In this document: piece after piece, positions 28,648 through 38,476 of the stretch
Layout: each line of letters starts with the position of its first letter
Position numbering within the stretch: position 1 is the first letter of the stretch
Assembly: GCA_047514575.1 (NCBI GenBank)
Contig: JAKZYH010000181.1
Location: 1 to 39,279 of the forward strand
Reading direction: 5' to 3'
From: Acidobacteriota bacterium
GTDB lineage: Bacteria; Acidobacteriota; UBA6911; RPQK01; JAJDTT01
Length of the DNA: 39,279 nt
Notes under the pieces: model-generated
Seen by the model: only the letters and a program-made list of their open reading frames with translations
Told to the model about the DNA's origin: nothing
The model's database searches: none
Translations under genes and position numbers: made by a program

Positions 28648-31125
28648 TCAGACCGCTGGGAGGGCGCCACTGCCCCCAACCGGCCGAAAGATGTGAACAT
28701 CAGCGCTCAGGCCTCGCGGCTCGTAGTAGTGGTTTCGGAGGGTCTCCGTCAGGGTCTCAACGGCCTGGTCCTCGGCAAAGATCATGGCACATCCCCCCAG
28801 TCCGGCACCTGCGAGCTGTGCCCCGATGACGTTGGGAAGCGGAAGCGCCAGATCAACGATGTAATCGATTTCCGGCGTAGAACAGGCATATCGTCCGCTC
28901 TGGGCCCAGAAATCGGCCGCTTGGCGTCTCGCTGGATCCTCCGACATCGAGGAAAGAATCAGACGATCCAGCTTCTGATTGCTGTAGGAAACAACGTAGG
29001 GGGCAGCATCTCCGTTCCGATGACGAAGAAGTCTGTCCCCATCGTGGCTGAGCCGCATTAGCTCTCCAATCATGTCCAGTCGACGCCGGCGCAGAAGGTC
29101 GGCGAACATTTCGCTACGTTGACATTCTGCAATGCCGTAGATGGCCACTTCGCGAAGCGGATAGTGTCCGAGGTCGCGATGGGTTGAAAGGATTTGCTCC
29201 AACTGGTCCTTCATACCCGGCAAGAGCCGTCGGAGATAGGCGCGACTGGCGCGTTTGGGTAGCTGCTTGAGAATCCGGTGCAGCTCGCCTGTTGAAATTC
29301 CCAAGTGAGCTGGGCTCAGGTCGCGGAAGTGCTTCAGGCCCTTGAGAGCGGCGACATTCTTCTTGAGCAATAGTTCCAGAAGGTCATAACAGGCAACCCG
29401 ATGATTGAACGTATCACGCGCATCGGCACTCTTCGAAACGCGAACCTTGCTATTGGCGACTACCAGTGACAGTCCATCGGGGAAGGGGATCGCTTCCTCG
29501 ATGCGGAAAGGGAAGAAGCCTACGCGTACCACCCGACCTCTTTCCCCGCTTCTGATTGCGGCGTGATCGGCACTCCCCCCCCGGGATCCGACGAACCACT
29601 CTCCCTCTCCACAGAGGTCGACGAACTGCTGCATTGTAATCTGCAGCCCGTTGAGTGCTACCGAAGCTTCGGTCACCGCGACGACGATGGCCGAACTGCT
29701 TGAAAGACCCGCTCCAACTGGTATGTTCCCCGAGACCACGCAGTCCATACCTGCCAGTCTGTGGTCTGGGCAGGCATGCTGAAGCCGCAGTACGGCAGCC
29801 TTGGCGTAGTTACTCCAATCACCTCGCGAGCCCTCCATCACCTGTTGAACGGTGACAGAGTTGATGAAATCCATCCAATCGCACCAGTCGGCGGTTTTTA
29901 GCAGGCTGCCGATGTGAAATTGGCGCTCCGGGAACTCGTCCGAGTCAAGGTTTGTTAAACTGACTACATCGTCGTCTCGAGCTGCAGCGGCCAGGACGAT
30001 TTCCCGACTGATGGCCATGACATTCACGTAGCCACCTCGGTGGTCCACGTGCCGACCCATCAGATTGATCCGCCCCGGAGCCCGTGTGAGTACCACCGGA
30101 CGCCTGGGACCGTAGCGTCGTGTGAACTCCTCGAGAACCCTGAGAAAGGCACGTCGGCGCTCCTCAAGAAGCTCTTGGTCGCTTCCATAGATCTGGGTCA
30201 GAGTCTGACGCAAACTCGATGAATTAGTCTCAAGGATTCCTATCCACTCTTCAGCTGGCCGTACACAGGGTGCTGGCCCCGTTGGCGCCCTCACCGAGAT
30301 ACGACGACGTCGAGCCAGCCGCCGACTGAAGACCTCCTCCGCGAACAAGAGCTCCTCGGGGGTATTGAAGGCCAACAGATCTTCCGGGTTGGGGACGTCG
30401 ACCACGCAGATCCGGGCTTTCTCAGCCACCAGGATAGCCAGCGTGTCGGTCAAGTAGAGTTCGCCTTGGGCATTGCTGGCTTGAAGTTTTCCCAGTGCAC
30501 GATAGAGAGCAGCCGTTTCAAACAGATAGAGGGATGCGTTGACCGATGGGCTCTGCTTTTCAATCTGCTCGGCCCTAAGGCTCCTGCGTCCGACCTTTAT
30601 CGGAGTCCCCTGTTCAGCAGCTTGCTTCAGGTCTGCCACCTCCACGATTGCGACTGCTTCCTGACTAGGGTTGTAGACGATGCGACCGGCCGTAGTGGTT
30701 GGGGTTTTGGGAAGTGCCGTCAACGTCATATCTGCGGCTGTTTGTCGGTGCTGGCTGACCAGATCCGTCAGAATAGAGGGCTGAATTACCTTATCTCCCA
30801 TCGTGATGATGACTTCCCCCTCAAAGCCAGCAGACTGTAGAAACTGCGCGGCACAGGCGGCAGCATGGCCGGTACCCCGTGCTTCTGGCTGGTAGATGAA
30901 GGCAACGCCGGGATGCTCAGCAGTGATCGTGGCCATGACCTGGGCAGCCATCTGTCCTACCACAATGAGAAATCGCTCGAGACCCACGGACCTGAGCATG
31001 GACAGAGTACGTACGATGGCCGGGACTCCTGCTAGCGAAAAACAGACCTTGTGCTGCTCGGAGGACCCCATACGGGACCCCTGACCGCCGCACAAGACCA
31101 CGCACATCGTGTCGTGGTATTCCAT
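28648..31125 (-). CDS. Bifunctional nucleotidyltransferase (GlmU N-terminal-like) / GHMP sugar-1-kinase (GalK-like)
   Basis: N-half LCGGQGSRM..K, QPEARGTGHA, NAQGELYLTD. C-half RAPGRINLMGRHVDH, PVGAGLSSSS, GAQLAGAGLGGC. Confidence 0.85.
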   Translation of the reverse strand: MEYHDTMCVVLCGGQGSRMGSSEQHKVCFSLAGVPAIVRTLSMLRSVGLERFLIVVGQMAAQVMATITAEHPGVAFIYQPEARGTGHAAACAAQFLQSAGFEGEVIITMGDKVIQPSILTDLVSQHRQTAADMTLTALPKTPTTTAGRIVYNPSQEAVAIVEVADLKQAAEQGTPIKVGRRSLRAEQIEKQSPSVNASLYLFETAALYRALGKLQASNAQGELYLTDTLAILVAEKARICVVDVPNPEDLLAFNTPEELLFAEEVFSRRLARRRRISVRAPTGPAPCVRPAEEWIGILETNSSSLRQTLTQIYGSDQELLEERRRAFLRVLEEFTRRYGPRRPVVLTRAPGRINLMGRHVDHRGGYVNVMAISREIVLAAAARDDDVVSLTNLDSDEFPERQFHIGSLLKTADWCDWMDFINSVTVQQVMEGSRGDWSNYAKAAVLRLQHACPDHRLAGMDCVVSGNIPVGAGLSSSSAIVVAVTEASVALNGLQITMQQFVDLCGEGEWFVGSRGGSADHAAIRSGERGRVVRVGFFPFRIEEAIPFPDGLSLVVANSKVRVSKSADARDTFNHRVACYDLLELLLKKNVAALKGLKHFRDLSPAHLGISTGELHRILKQLPKRASRAYLRRLLPGMKDQLEQILSTHRDLGHYPLREVAIYGIAECQRSEMFADLLRRRRLDMIGELMRLSHDGDRLLRHRNGDAAPYVVSYSNQKLDRLILSSMSEDPARRQAADFWAQSGRYACSTPEIDYIVDLALPLPNVIGAQLAGAGLGGCAMIFAEDQAVETLTETLRNHYYEPRGLSADVHIFRPVGGSGALPAV

Positions 31126-31261
31126 GGACCGACTCCAACCCTTTTCGAGAGAAGCCGAAGATAGCGTGGGGCTTTGAGACAGTCAAGAAGGGGCAGTTCT
31201 ATTCGTATCTGTGTCCTTGATCACCGAGAAGCAACCCTCCCATTTGTTTCAATTAGAGCAA

Positions 31262-31381
31262 ATGAATACCTGGGTAATCTTCGTGCTGCTGATGGGCGTC
31301 GTCGCCTTCTATTTTTTTCTGTCGGTCCACCTCTTGTTCAGCTTTGCAAGTCAGTTCTTCTTCAGAGCACGCAGGAAGTGA
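31262..31381 (+). CDS. Putative small membrane protein, 39 aa (MNTWVIFVLLMGVVAFYFFLSVHLLFSFASQFFFRARRK)
   Basis: Manually translated ATG-TGA ORF below the ORF-track cutoff. One long hydrophobic segment and a basic tail. RBS is weak. Confidence 0.45.
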   Translation: MNTWVIFVLLMGVVAFYFFLSVHLLFSFASQFFFRARRK

Positions 31382-31448
31382 ACATCACGATCCGCGAGAA
31401 GCTCTTGGTTGAGGTTCTCGAATTCGTTGCCCACAAAAAAGGTTACCA

Positions 31449-31635
31449 AGCTGGGAGCGAGCCGGGGGAGCGAGCTGGGGACAGAGACCGAGCTCGAGAC
31501 AGAGGACTGGAGGACGAGCGGAGGCCTGGGGACAGAGGTCTGCACCGAGTTGAGGTCTGCACCGAGCTGCTTGCGAGCTGGGGACAGAGGTCAGAGGGAA
31601 GAAGAGAGGGAAGAAGTGTGTGGGGGACAGAGGTT
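31449..31635 (+). repeat. Cluster of TGGGGACAGAG motifs with local duplications
   Basis: Motifs at 31476, 31527, 31579 and ~31622. Duplications gggagcgagc x2, gaggtctgcaccgag x2 and agagggaagaag x2. Confidence 0.85.
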
Positions 31636-31756
31636 GTTTTTCCGAGAGGTTCCCCTGTTGGGCGGGAAGGGGAAATCTGTCTTGACCTGAGTGAGTGACC
31701 TCCGCCAGCGAGGCCGAAGGGCGGAGCAGGCGACGACCCCGGACAGCCCTCGGCCG

Positions 31757-32452
31757 TCAGGGCCGCTCGACGGAGAAGCGAAACTCTACCCGACGGTTCT
31801 TCTCTCGATTTTCACGGCCGTCGTTGGCAGCGATGGGGCGGGTGTCGGCGTATCCTCCGGCGACCAGCCTATCCGCGGGGACTTCGCATTCCTCAACCAA
31901 GAAACGGATGACGGCCGTCGCTCGAGCTGCCGATAGCTCCCAGTTGGAGGCGTAGCTAGTTGTCTTGATGGGAATGTCATCGGTATGTCCATCTACTCGA
32001 AGTGTCATCGAGGGTTTGCGTTTTACGAGTTCCGCAATCTTTTTCAAATGATCGTGCATTTCAGGTTTTAACCTGGCCTCTCCCGATTCATGGAGGACTT
32101 TTCCCGGCACGATGAGGAGCACGACTTTTCCCTTACTTGATTCGCTACGGGGGAAGGAGTTGGGTATCAGCGACTGGAGCTCTTTCATCAGCGTATTCTG
32201 ACCGCTTTGGTCCACCAGGACGGGAGTCCCCTGGCCGGGGACAGTCGTCAATTTTGAGTCCATGGTCGTGCCAAAGGCATCCTTGATCGAACCGATGAAA
32301 AGCCGGTACTTGGTAGCGTCCACCTGGGAAAAGGAGAGTAGCAGGGCAAAGAAGCAGAGCAGCAGCGTCATCATATCGGCGAACGTCACCATCCAAGCGG
32401 GAGCACCGGCTTCCTCTTCTTTCGGTGGTGGTTTGGGACGATCAAAAGGCAT
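31757..32452 (-). CDS. motB: MotB/OmpA-family stator-like protein
   Basis: PAWMVTFADMMTLLLCFF TM motif, GHTDDIPI, SNWELSAARA, NRRVE. Confidence 0.85.
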   Translation of the reverse strand: MPFDRPKPPPKEEEAGAPAWMVTFADMMTLLLCFFALLLSFSQVDATKYRLFIGSIKDAFGTTMDSKLTTVPGQGTPVLVDQSGQNTLMKELQSLIPNSFPRSESSKGKVVLLIVPGKVLHESGEARLKPEMHDHLKKIAELVKRKPSMTLRVDGHTDDIPIKTTSYASNWELSAARATAVIRFLVEECEVPADRLVAGGYADTRPIAANDGRENREKNRRVEFRFSVERP

Positions 32453-32666
32453 AAGGCTCCCCTCGGGGCGCGAGCAAGTTCAACCTGGCCTTTTGGAGTC
32501 TCTCCTTCAGACCGGGTCTTATCGCTCCTAGATCGCGAATCCTGGGCGTCTGTCTTGTGGGCCTACGGTTTCGCTCAGCCGCGTCGGCCTCCGAATCTGC
32601 GCAAATCCACGCAAGCATTCCTGAGCCGGCTCTATTCTATGGTTTCGGTAAAAACCTGTGAGCCCT

Positions 32667-33068
32667 TTAGGGCTTCGGCAAGGAGTCGGGATGTTGGACC
32701 AGAATGGAGCCCTTCTGGACCCGAAGGGGAAAGGTCGAAACCTGAGCTCGAGTGTCCACAAGGCAGCGGCCGGTTTTGATATCGAACTCCCACAAATGCC
32801 AGGGGCAGCGGATCACCTCACCATCGCGTTCATAAATCAAGGGCTGATCCTGGGTGCCAAGGGGACGAAGGGCTACCATACGGCCACTGACCCTTCCCGT
32901 GCAGAGTGGACCTCCCTTGTGAGGACAAATGTTGCGAAGCGCATAGAATCTTCCGTGAATGTTGAAGATTCCAATGCCTGACTTGCCTCGAAAAGGAACG
33001 ACGATCTTTCGATGTCCCGGAGGGATCTCGCTGGTTCTAACAACTTCGACCCACTTGACCCCGCGCAC
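32667..33068 (-). CDS. Rieske [2Fe-2S] ferredoxin-like protein
   Basis: CPHKGGPL and CPWHLWEFD motifs. AGGAGG RBS before GTG. Confidence 0.9.
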   Translation of the reverse strand: MRGVKWVEVVRTSEIPPGHRKIVVPFRGKSGIGIFNIHGRFYALRNICPHKGGPLCTGRVSGRMVALRPLGTQDQPLIYERDGEVIRCPWHLWEFDIKTGRCLVDTRAQVSTFPLRVQKGSILVQHPDSLPKP

Positions 33069-33101
33069 ACTGTCCTCCTTAAGAAGTCGCCCCGGGAGAG
33101 C

Positions 33102-34247
33102 TCACGAATCATGCCCTAGGCCAAACAGCTCGCGTGCGTTTTCGGCAAAGATCCTCTGATGGAGCTTCGGAGATAGCCTAGGCAGCGTTGTGACGGGGTC
33201 GTCCCAGTCGAAATGAGGCCAGTCGGAACAATAGAGGAGTGTCTCTTCGGCGTGCATTTCTTCGAGCAGTCCCATCAAATCAGCGTGCCGCTCGGGCTCG
33301 GCGAAGGGTTGGGATCCCACTCGAATGTGCTGGCGGAAGTACTCACTTGGTAGCTTTTTGACCCAAGGGGTTTGCTCCCGGAGGGACTTCCAATCGGCGT
33401 CCATCTTCCAGAGGAAGCCTGGAACCCAAAACTGATCCACCTCCAGGAGGGCGAACTTGAGCCTGGGAAATCTCTCAAAGACGCCCTCACAGATCAGGGA
33501 TGCGCAGTGGGCCATGGTCATAGAGGAACGGGCGGCGCGGTTTTCTAGGTAGTAAGTAGGGTAACCCACCCCGGTAGGTGATCCCGCCATCCCCGTGCCT
33601 TCGGCTCCGGGGTGGATGCAAACCACCAGGGAGTGCTCTTGGCAGGCCTGCCAGATAGGACGATAGAATCGGTTGCCGTAGGGTCTCTGGGAACCGGTGG
33701 GTAGAACGATTGCGACCACATCGGAGTGATCTCCCAGGCGGTGGATCTCTTGAACGGCCAGCTCAGGGTCTGAACAGGAGGTTGCCAGCGCGAGTTTCAG
33801 TCGCTTGTCGCGGTTGGTCCAGTTCTCCCGAGACCAATCGTTGGTGGCGCTGCAAAGGGCGCTGGCAAAATCCGGGTCTGGAATTACTGAGGCTGTATAC
33901 ATAGTCTCGCCGGTCAGCAGAGCGTACTCAATATTCCAGACATCGAGGTGATACTCTCTCAATCTTTGGTAGTCCCAGTTTTGATTACCACCATGGTGTC
34001 CCTCCTGATTGAACTCTTCCGCCAGATCGGTTCGTGCCGCCCTCCCTGCCACGTTGAGGTAGCCTGAATTGACCAGGGGGAAACCGTAGTCCGCGACGCG
34101 CTCCTGGTACACCCGGGGGAGATACGGCACCAAGTCTTCTCGATTGCGGGGTACCTGATGAACATCAGAGTCGATAAGACCTATGGACTGCTTGGGTTTG
34201 GCTGTCCACCCCGGTGCGGCGACCGGCTTTGACCCAGGAAGGTTCAT
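33102..34247 (-). CDS. Amidohydrolase_2 family metal-dependent hydrolase
   Basis: IDSDVH, YRPIWQAC..VCIHPG, GVFERFPRLK, SDWPHFDWD, IFAENARELF. Confidence 0.88.
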   Translation of the reverse strand: MNLPGSKPVAAPGWTAKPKQSIGLIDSDVHQVPRNREDLVPYLPRVYQERVADYGFPLVNSGYLNVAGRAARTDLAEEFNQEGHHGGNQNWDYQRLREYHLDVWNIEYALLTGETMYTASVIPDPDFASALCSATNDWSRENWTNRDKRLKLALATSCSDPELAVQEIHRLGDHSDVVAIVLPTGSQRPYGNRFYRPIWQACQEHSLVVCIHPGAEGTGMAGSPTGVGYPTYYLENRAARSSMTMAHCASLICEGVFERFPRLKFALLEVDQFWVPGFLWKMDADWKSLREQTPWVKKLPSEYFRQHIRVGSQPFAEPERHADLMGLLEEMHAEETLLYCSDWPHFDWDDPVTTLPRLSPKLHQRIFAENARELFGLGHDS

Positions 34248-34669
34248 GGTGGTCTCCGGATTGCTCGTGTGCTCTCCAGCTCTGAAAGCTAAGACTACAC
34301 CCGGTGGGCATGAGCTTCAAGACAGGGGTCCCAACGGTCCCGACTGCATGTCAAGAGTGATTTCGCGGCGATCGGAGAAACAGAGATTCGACTTTTCAGA
34401 GCAAGAGGAATCACTTAGAGACGAGGTCGACGATTGTGCAGTTGATCAGAGTCCTGGACAGGGGGAATGGACAGCGGCAGAGTTGGTCTTACTTTCGACT
34501 GCTCCTGAGTGGTCTTGCGTACGTAGCTTCAGTCCTACCAATGCGTTATGATAAATCAGGGATCGCGATGGAGCTCAGGCAGGGCACCTCACGAGGGTGG
34601 TTCAGGTGGGCCACTTTCCCGGTGGATTCGAGGTCGATGGCACATCCGAATGGCTTGCTTGCTTTGATC

Positions 34670-35362
34670 ATGCGCTCGGTCTTGATCCTTCTGGTTTATC
34701 TGAACGTCTCTGTGCCCCTGATGGCGGTGGAAACGGTCCTGGAAAAAGATTTTCAGGATTGGACGCTTGCCGAGGCGGTTGAAATACTCAACCAATCCTC
34801 CTGGGCCCAGCAGCGCACATTCACCCGGGTAGTGGCTGGAATCGGCAGCGGGGTCCTTGGCGAAAAGGAAATCTTCAATACCTTTTTCGTGCGGTTTCTG
34901 TCAGCCGAGCCGATACGGAAGGCCTTCTTTCGAGTGCAGCAGATCCAACAGGGGTACGACCAGATGGATGAAGTCGAGCGGAAGCGTTTCGAGGCTCTGG
35001 TGTCTCCCGGCCTAGAGCTAGATGTGAGTCAGTGGATCGTTGTGAGCATGAGTTTCCGCTCCAACAATCCCCGTCAGGAGCGTCGAGTAGAGAGTTTTTT
35101 GGACGCCCAGACGGTAGAAACCATGAAAGCAAGAGCGTTTCTTTCCACCGATCGACTCAGCCAAGTGGAGCTGGCGGCCTATTTCCCACCGCGACGGGAT
35201 GGGGTCGGGGCTAAATTCGTGTTTCCACGGCAACTTTCTGGAGAGCCGATTTTATCGAAAGAAGAGAGTTCCGTGACCTTCGAAGCAAATCTCCCAACTC
35301 AGCGGCTTCGGATTACTTTTCCAGTGCCAGAAATGCTTTTAGATGGCGAGTTGGCCCTTTGA
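34670..35362 (+). CDS. Exported hypothetical protein (start uncertain, 34637 or 34670), translationally coupled to the TBDR
   Basis: Signal-like MRSVLILLVYLNVSVPLMA. Stop overlaps the TBDR start. Confidence 0.65.
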   Translation: MRSVLILLVYLNVSVPLMAVETVLEKDFQDWTLAEAVEILNQSSWAQQRTFTRVVAGIGSGVLGEKEIFNTFFVRFLSAEPIRKAFFRVQQIQQGYDQMDEVERKRFEALVSPGLELDVSQWIVVSMSFRSNNPRQERRVESFLDAQTVETMKARAFLSTDRLSQVELAAYFPPRRDGVGAKFVFPRQLSGEPILSKEESSVTFEANLPTQRLRITFPVPEMLLDGELAL

Positions 35363-38328
35363 AAATGGGATCTGGAAGACTCTTGCTGGAGCTGCTGATT
35401 CTCGGGATCTTGACTTGTGCCTTGGGCTTCGGCGGAGCTACTGGCACAGTCATTGGCAGAGTTCTCGACGCTGCGGGGCAGCCGGTAGGTGAGGTCAATG
35501 TCAGCATTGTCCAGGACGAGACGGAGCAACGCATTAACACCCGTACGAATGACGATGGCCGCTTCCGGGTTGAGCTTGATGCCGGCGGATATGCTATTTC
35601 AGTTGAGGAGGGCAAACAGTCATCGACTCCGACCAGGGTCATCCTCAGAGCCGGTGAGGAGCGCCGACTGGTTGTCCACCTTGCAGCGACGCAGGATGGA
35701 GCTGCCAGCCGGACCGCTGAAGAACCAGCAGTTGGCTTCGGCTCCCGCGCCAACACTACAGGACGGGGTTTGGACAGCCAGAAGTTTTCTCTAGCGGCCA
35801 TCCGGGACTATCAGATCGGTCTGGGTGGTTTCCAACCGACGGCATCTTCAGGAAAGACCCTGGCCGAGATCGTCAATCCGTTTCCTGCCAGGAAGCAAGG
35901 TAGGTTCCACGGAGCGCTTTACGAGTTCCACCGAAACGACAATTTCGACGCTCGAAACTTTTTCGATCCGCTGGGCCAGCGGCTTCCAGAATACAAGCGC
36001 AACCAGTTCGGAGTGAGCCTCGGTACTACCGTAAGGGAGAATCTGAGCTTTTTCGGATCGTACGAGGGGCTGAGGATCATCAAGGGGTCGACGCTGCTTT
36101 CTCACGTGCCAACCGCGGACATGAAGCGAGGGGATTTCAGTGCTCTGGGGACCGAATTGAGGGACCCGTTTAGCGGCGAGCTCCTCCCGGGAAATCGGAT
36201 TCCAGCGGACCGGATCCACCCTGTCGCCACCAGGCTTTTGGCAGTGCTACCTGATCCCAACCAGGCCGACCCCGATCGAAATTTTCTCAACAACCAGCCG
36301 AGTGTCCGTCAACAGGATAGGTACTCCTTCAGATTCGACTATCAGACGAATGAAGATGCGAAGATCTATTTCCAGTACGCCTTGACCGATTCCGATCGAG
36401 TCGAAGCTCACCCTTTGCCCGATTTTGGCACTGATCAGACGGTTTTCAGCCAGTACACAACCCTCACTTACAACCGTACGGTCGGCAGCCGACTGGTGAC
36501 TGAGGGCCGACTGACCTTTAGTCGGTACTTGAGCCGGATGCTCTCCAAGAACTCGGGCCGGGAAGGACTCCTCAACTCCCTCGGTATCGCAGGTCTGGAT
36601 ACCGATGATCCGATTCAAGAGGGCTACCCAGAGTTTTCGTTGAACGAATACGCCTCGTTCGGGGATCAGCGCTCTCCCTACAAGTGGCTTAGCAACCGAT
36701 TTTCCTTCGACGGTTCGGCAACCTATGCCACCGGGAGGCATACTCTCAGGATGGGAGGCGATGTCGTAGCGCGTCAGCTCAACGACACTCGGATCGAAGG
36801 GATGGGACGGGGGAAACTGGTCTTCAATGGCTACTATACCGGAGATGCCTTCGCCGATTTTCTTTTCGGTCTTCCGGACACAGCCGATCGACCGGTGGGC
36901 TCTGAGCGGACGGATCTACGAAAGCAGAGCTGGCGGTTGTCACTACGGGACCAGTGGAGGGTGAATTCCCAGTTTTCCTTGACGATTGGGGTGGCCTATC
37001 GCTACAGCCCTCCTTATCGATCCGTGTCCGATAATGTCTCAGGGTTCTTTCCGCTCCTCTTCGAGCCGCCTACGGATGGCGAAATCGTTATTGCTGGCAG
37101 CCAGGAGGCCCAACGGCTAGGCTTGGACCGGGCGGGAGATGGAGGGCTGGTTTTCCCGGATCGGAACGATTGGTCTCCCGAGCTGGGGTTGGCATTCAGT
37201 CCCTTCGGAAACAGCCAACTGGTTCTTCGAAGTTCCTATACCATCCACTACGGGTCGGTCAATTCGAGCCACTACGCTCGCTACCTGAGTAAGAACTTTC
37301 CCTTCTACTACATCGAGAGCGCCGAGGCCCCCATAGATAGTCCCGATCTGGATCTGGGCAATCCCTTTGCCTACATTGCTCCGACGGAACTCACGGTTCG
37401 GGGGTTGGAGACCACTCTAAGAAACCCCTATGTACAGCGGTGGCTGCTGACGATGCAGGGCGAGATCAATCAGTACTGGAATCTGGAAGCGTCCTACAGG
37501 GGGCGCAAAGGCAGCCGTATGCTGCGGACTCTGGTGAGCAATGTTCCTCTGCCCGATTCGGGCCCACTGCAACCCCGGCGGCCGAACCCTGAGTTCGGAC
37601 TCTTCAGGATCCTGACGAGTGGAGGTAGCCTGAGCAGTCACCAACTTGATCTGGCCGCCGAGCGTCGACTCAGCGAGGGGCTGTCCCTGAAGTCCGGCTT
37701 TACCTGGACTCGTTCTCTAGATGATGTCTTCCGTGATCCGTCCAATCCGCGCAATCTTCGTGCGGAAAAGGCTCGCACCGGCTACATCCCAGAGCGGCGG
37801 TTCTTCCTCAACTACATCATTGAGCTTCCACCTGGGCGGAGTCGCAGTCTCGATGCAGAAGGCGGCAGCCTGACTCGTCAATTACTGCAAGGCTGGCGTC
37901 TCTCGGGTATTACCTACATTCAGGATGGGACTCCTTTTAGCGCTCTGTTGGCGGGAGATGCGAACAACGATGGTGTGGATCAAGATCGACCTGATCTCCT
38001 GGGCCCGACTTCCCTGGATTCCTCGGATCAAACCGTCGACCGCTGGTTTCTCGCGGAAGCCTTCGCCCAACCAGATCCCTTTTCCTTCGGAGACGCCGGC
38101 CGCAACATTCTGACGGGTCCGGGATATCAGAAATGGGATGTCAGCATGATCAAACAGACTCGGCTCTCGAACGGCGATTTCGTTGAGCTGAGAGTGCAGC
38201 TCTTCAACGCCTTCAATCACGCGAATTTTCTCAGGCCGAATGCGGTGTACGGGAACACCCTCTTCGGCAAGATTTTCGGAGCACGCCACGCCCGCGAAAT
38301 CGAAGTGGCCCTCAAGTACTCCTTCTGA
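35359..38328 (+). CDS. Oar-like TonB-dependent receptor with N-terminal carboxypeptidase-regulatory-like domain
   Basis: FHGALYEFHRNDNFDARNFF, KRNQFG, PELGLAFSP, GRNILTGPG, FNAFNHANF and C-terminal LKYSF. Confidence 0.9.
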   Translation: MKMGSGRLLLELLILGILTCALGFGGATGTVIGRVLDAAGQPVGEVNVSIVQDETEQRINTRTNDDGRFRVELDAGGYAISVEEGKQSSTPTRVILRAGEERRLVVHLAATQDGAASRTAEEPAVGFGSRANTTGRGLDSQKFSLAAIRDYQIGLGGFQPTASSGKTLAEIVNPFPARKQGRFHGALYEFHRNDNFDARNFFDPLGQRLPEYKRNQFGVSLGTTVRENLSFFGSYEGLRIIKGSTLLSHVPTADMKRGDFSALGTELRDPFSGELLPGNRIPADRIHPVATRLLAVLPDPNQADPDRNFLNNQPSVRQQDRYSFRFDYQTNEDAKIYFQYALTDSDRVEAHPLPDFGTDQTVFSQYTTLTYNRTVGSRLVTEGRLTFSRYLSRMLSKNSGREGLLNSLGIAGLDTDDPIQEGYPEFSLNEYASFGDQRSPYKWLSNRFSFDGSATYATGRHTLRMGGDVVARQLNDTRIEGMGRGKLVFNGYYTGDAFADFLFGLPDTADRPVGSERTDLRKQSWRLSLRDQWRVNSQFSLTIGVAYRYSPPYRSVSDNVSGFFPLLFEPPTDGEIVIAGSQEAQRLGLDRAGDGGLVFPDRNDWSPELGLAFSPFGNSQLVLRSSYTIHYGSVNSSHYARYLSKNFPFYYIESAEAPIDSPDLDLGNPFAYIAPTELTVRGLETTLRNPYVQRWLLTMQGEINQYWNLEASYRGRKGSRMLRTLVSNVPLPDSGPLQPRRPNPEFGLFRILTSGGSLSSHQLDLAAERRLSEGLSLKSGFTWTRSLDDVFRDPSNPRNLRAEKARTGYIPERRFFLNYIIELPPGRSRSLDAEGGSLTRQLLQGWRLSGITYIQDGTPFSALLAGDANNDGVDQDRPDLLGPTSLDSSDQTVDRWFLAEAFAQPDPFSFGDAGRNILTGPGYQKWDVSMIKQTRLSNGDFVELRVQLFNAFNHANFLRPNAVYGNTLFGKIFGARHAREIEVALKYSF

Positions 38329-38476
38329 GGACGCCTCGATTCACGGCTGGTTCCGCCCAGAATCGGCCAACCAACCCGCTCCAACCAGCCAGGAGAGATA
38401 CCGGTTTACCGACGCCGCGAACAGCGCACATCGCATCGCCAGTCGCATGAAGCGAAGTGTGTAGGAGAGAGCGGCC

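Noticed and set aside
29027-29041. Full consensus motif inside the kinase fusion gene
   Set aside because: Solitary, encodes an ordinary HDGDRL segment and has no adjacent duplication. Likely chance, so not counted as a cluster.
32528-32640. Possible small repeat element or structured RNA between motB and the Rieske gene
   Set aside because: No clear TIR/TSD and no second copy found in the window.
34248-34636. ncRNA or motif cluster in the divergent intergenic region
   Set aside because: Only partial gacagggg words in a different arrangement, and no recognisable RNA family.
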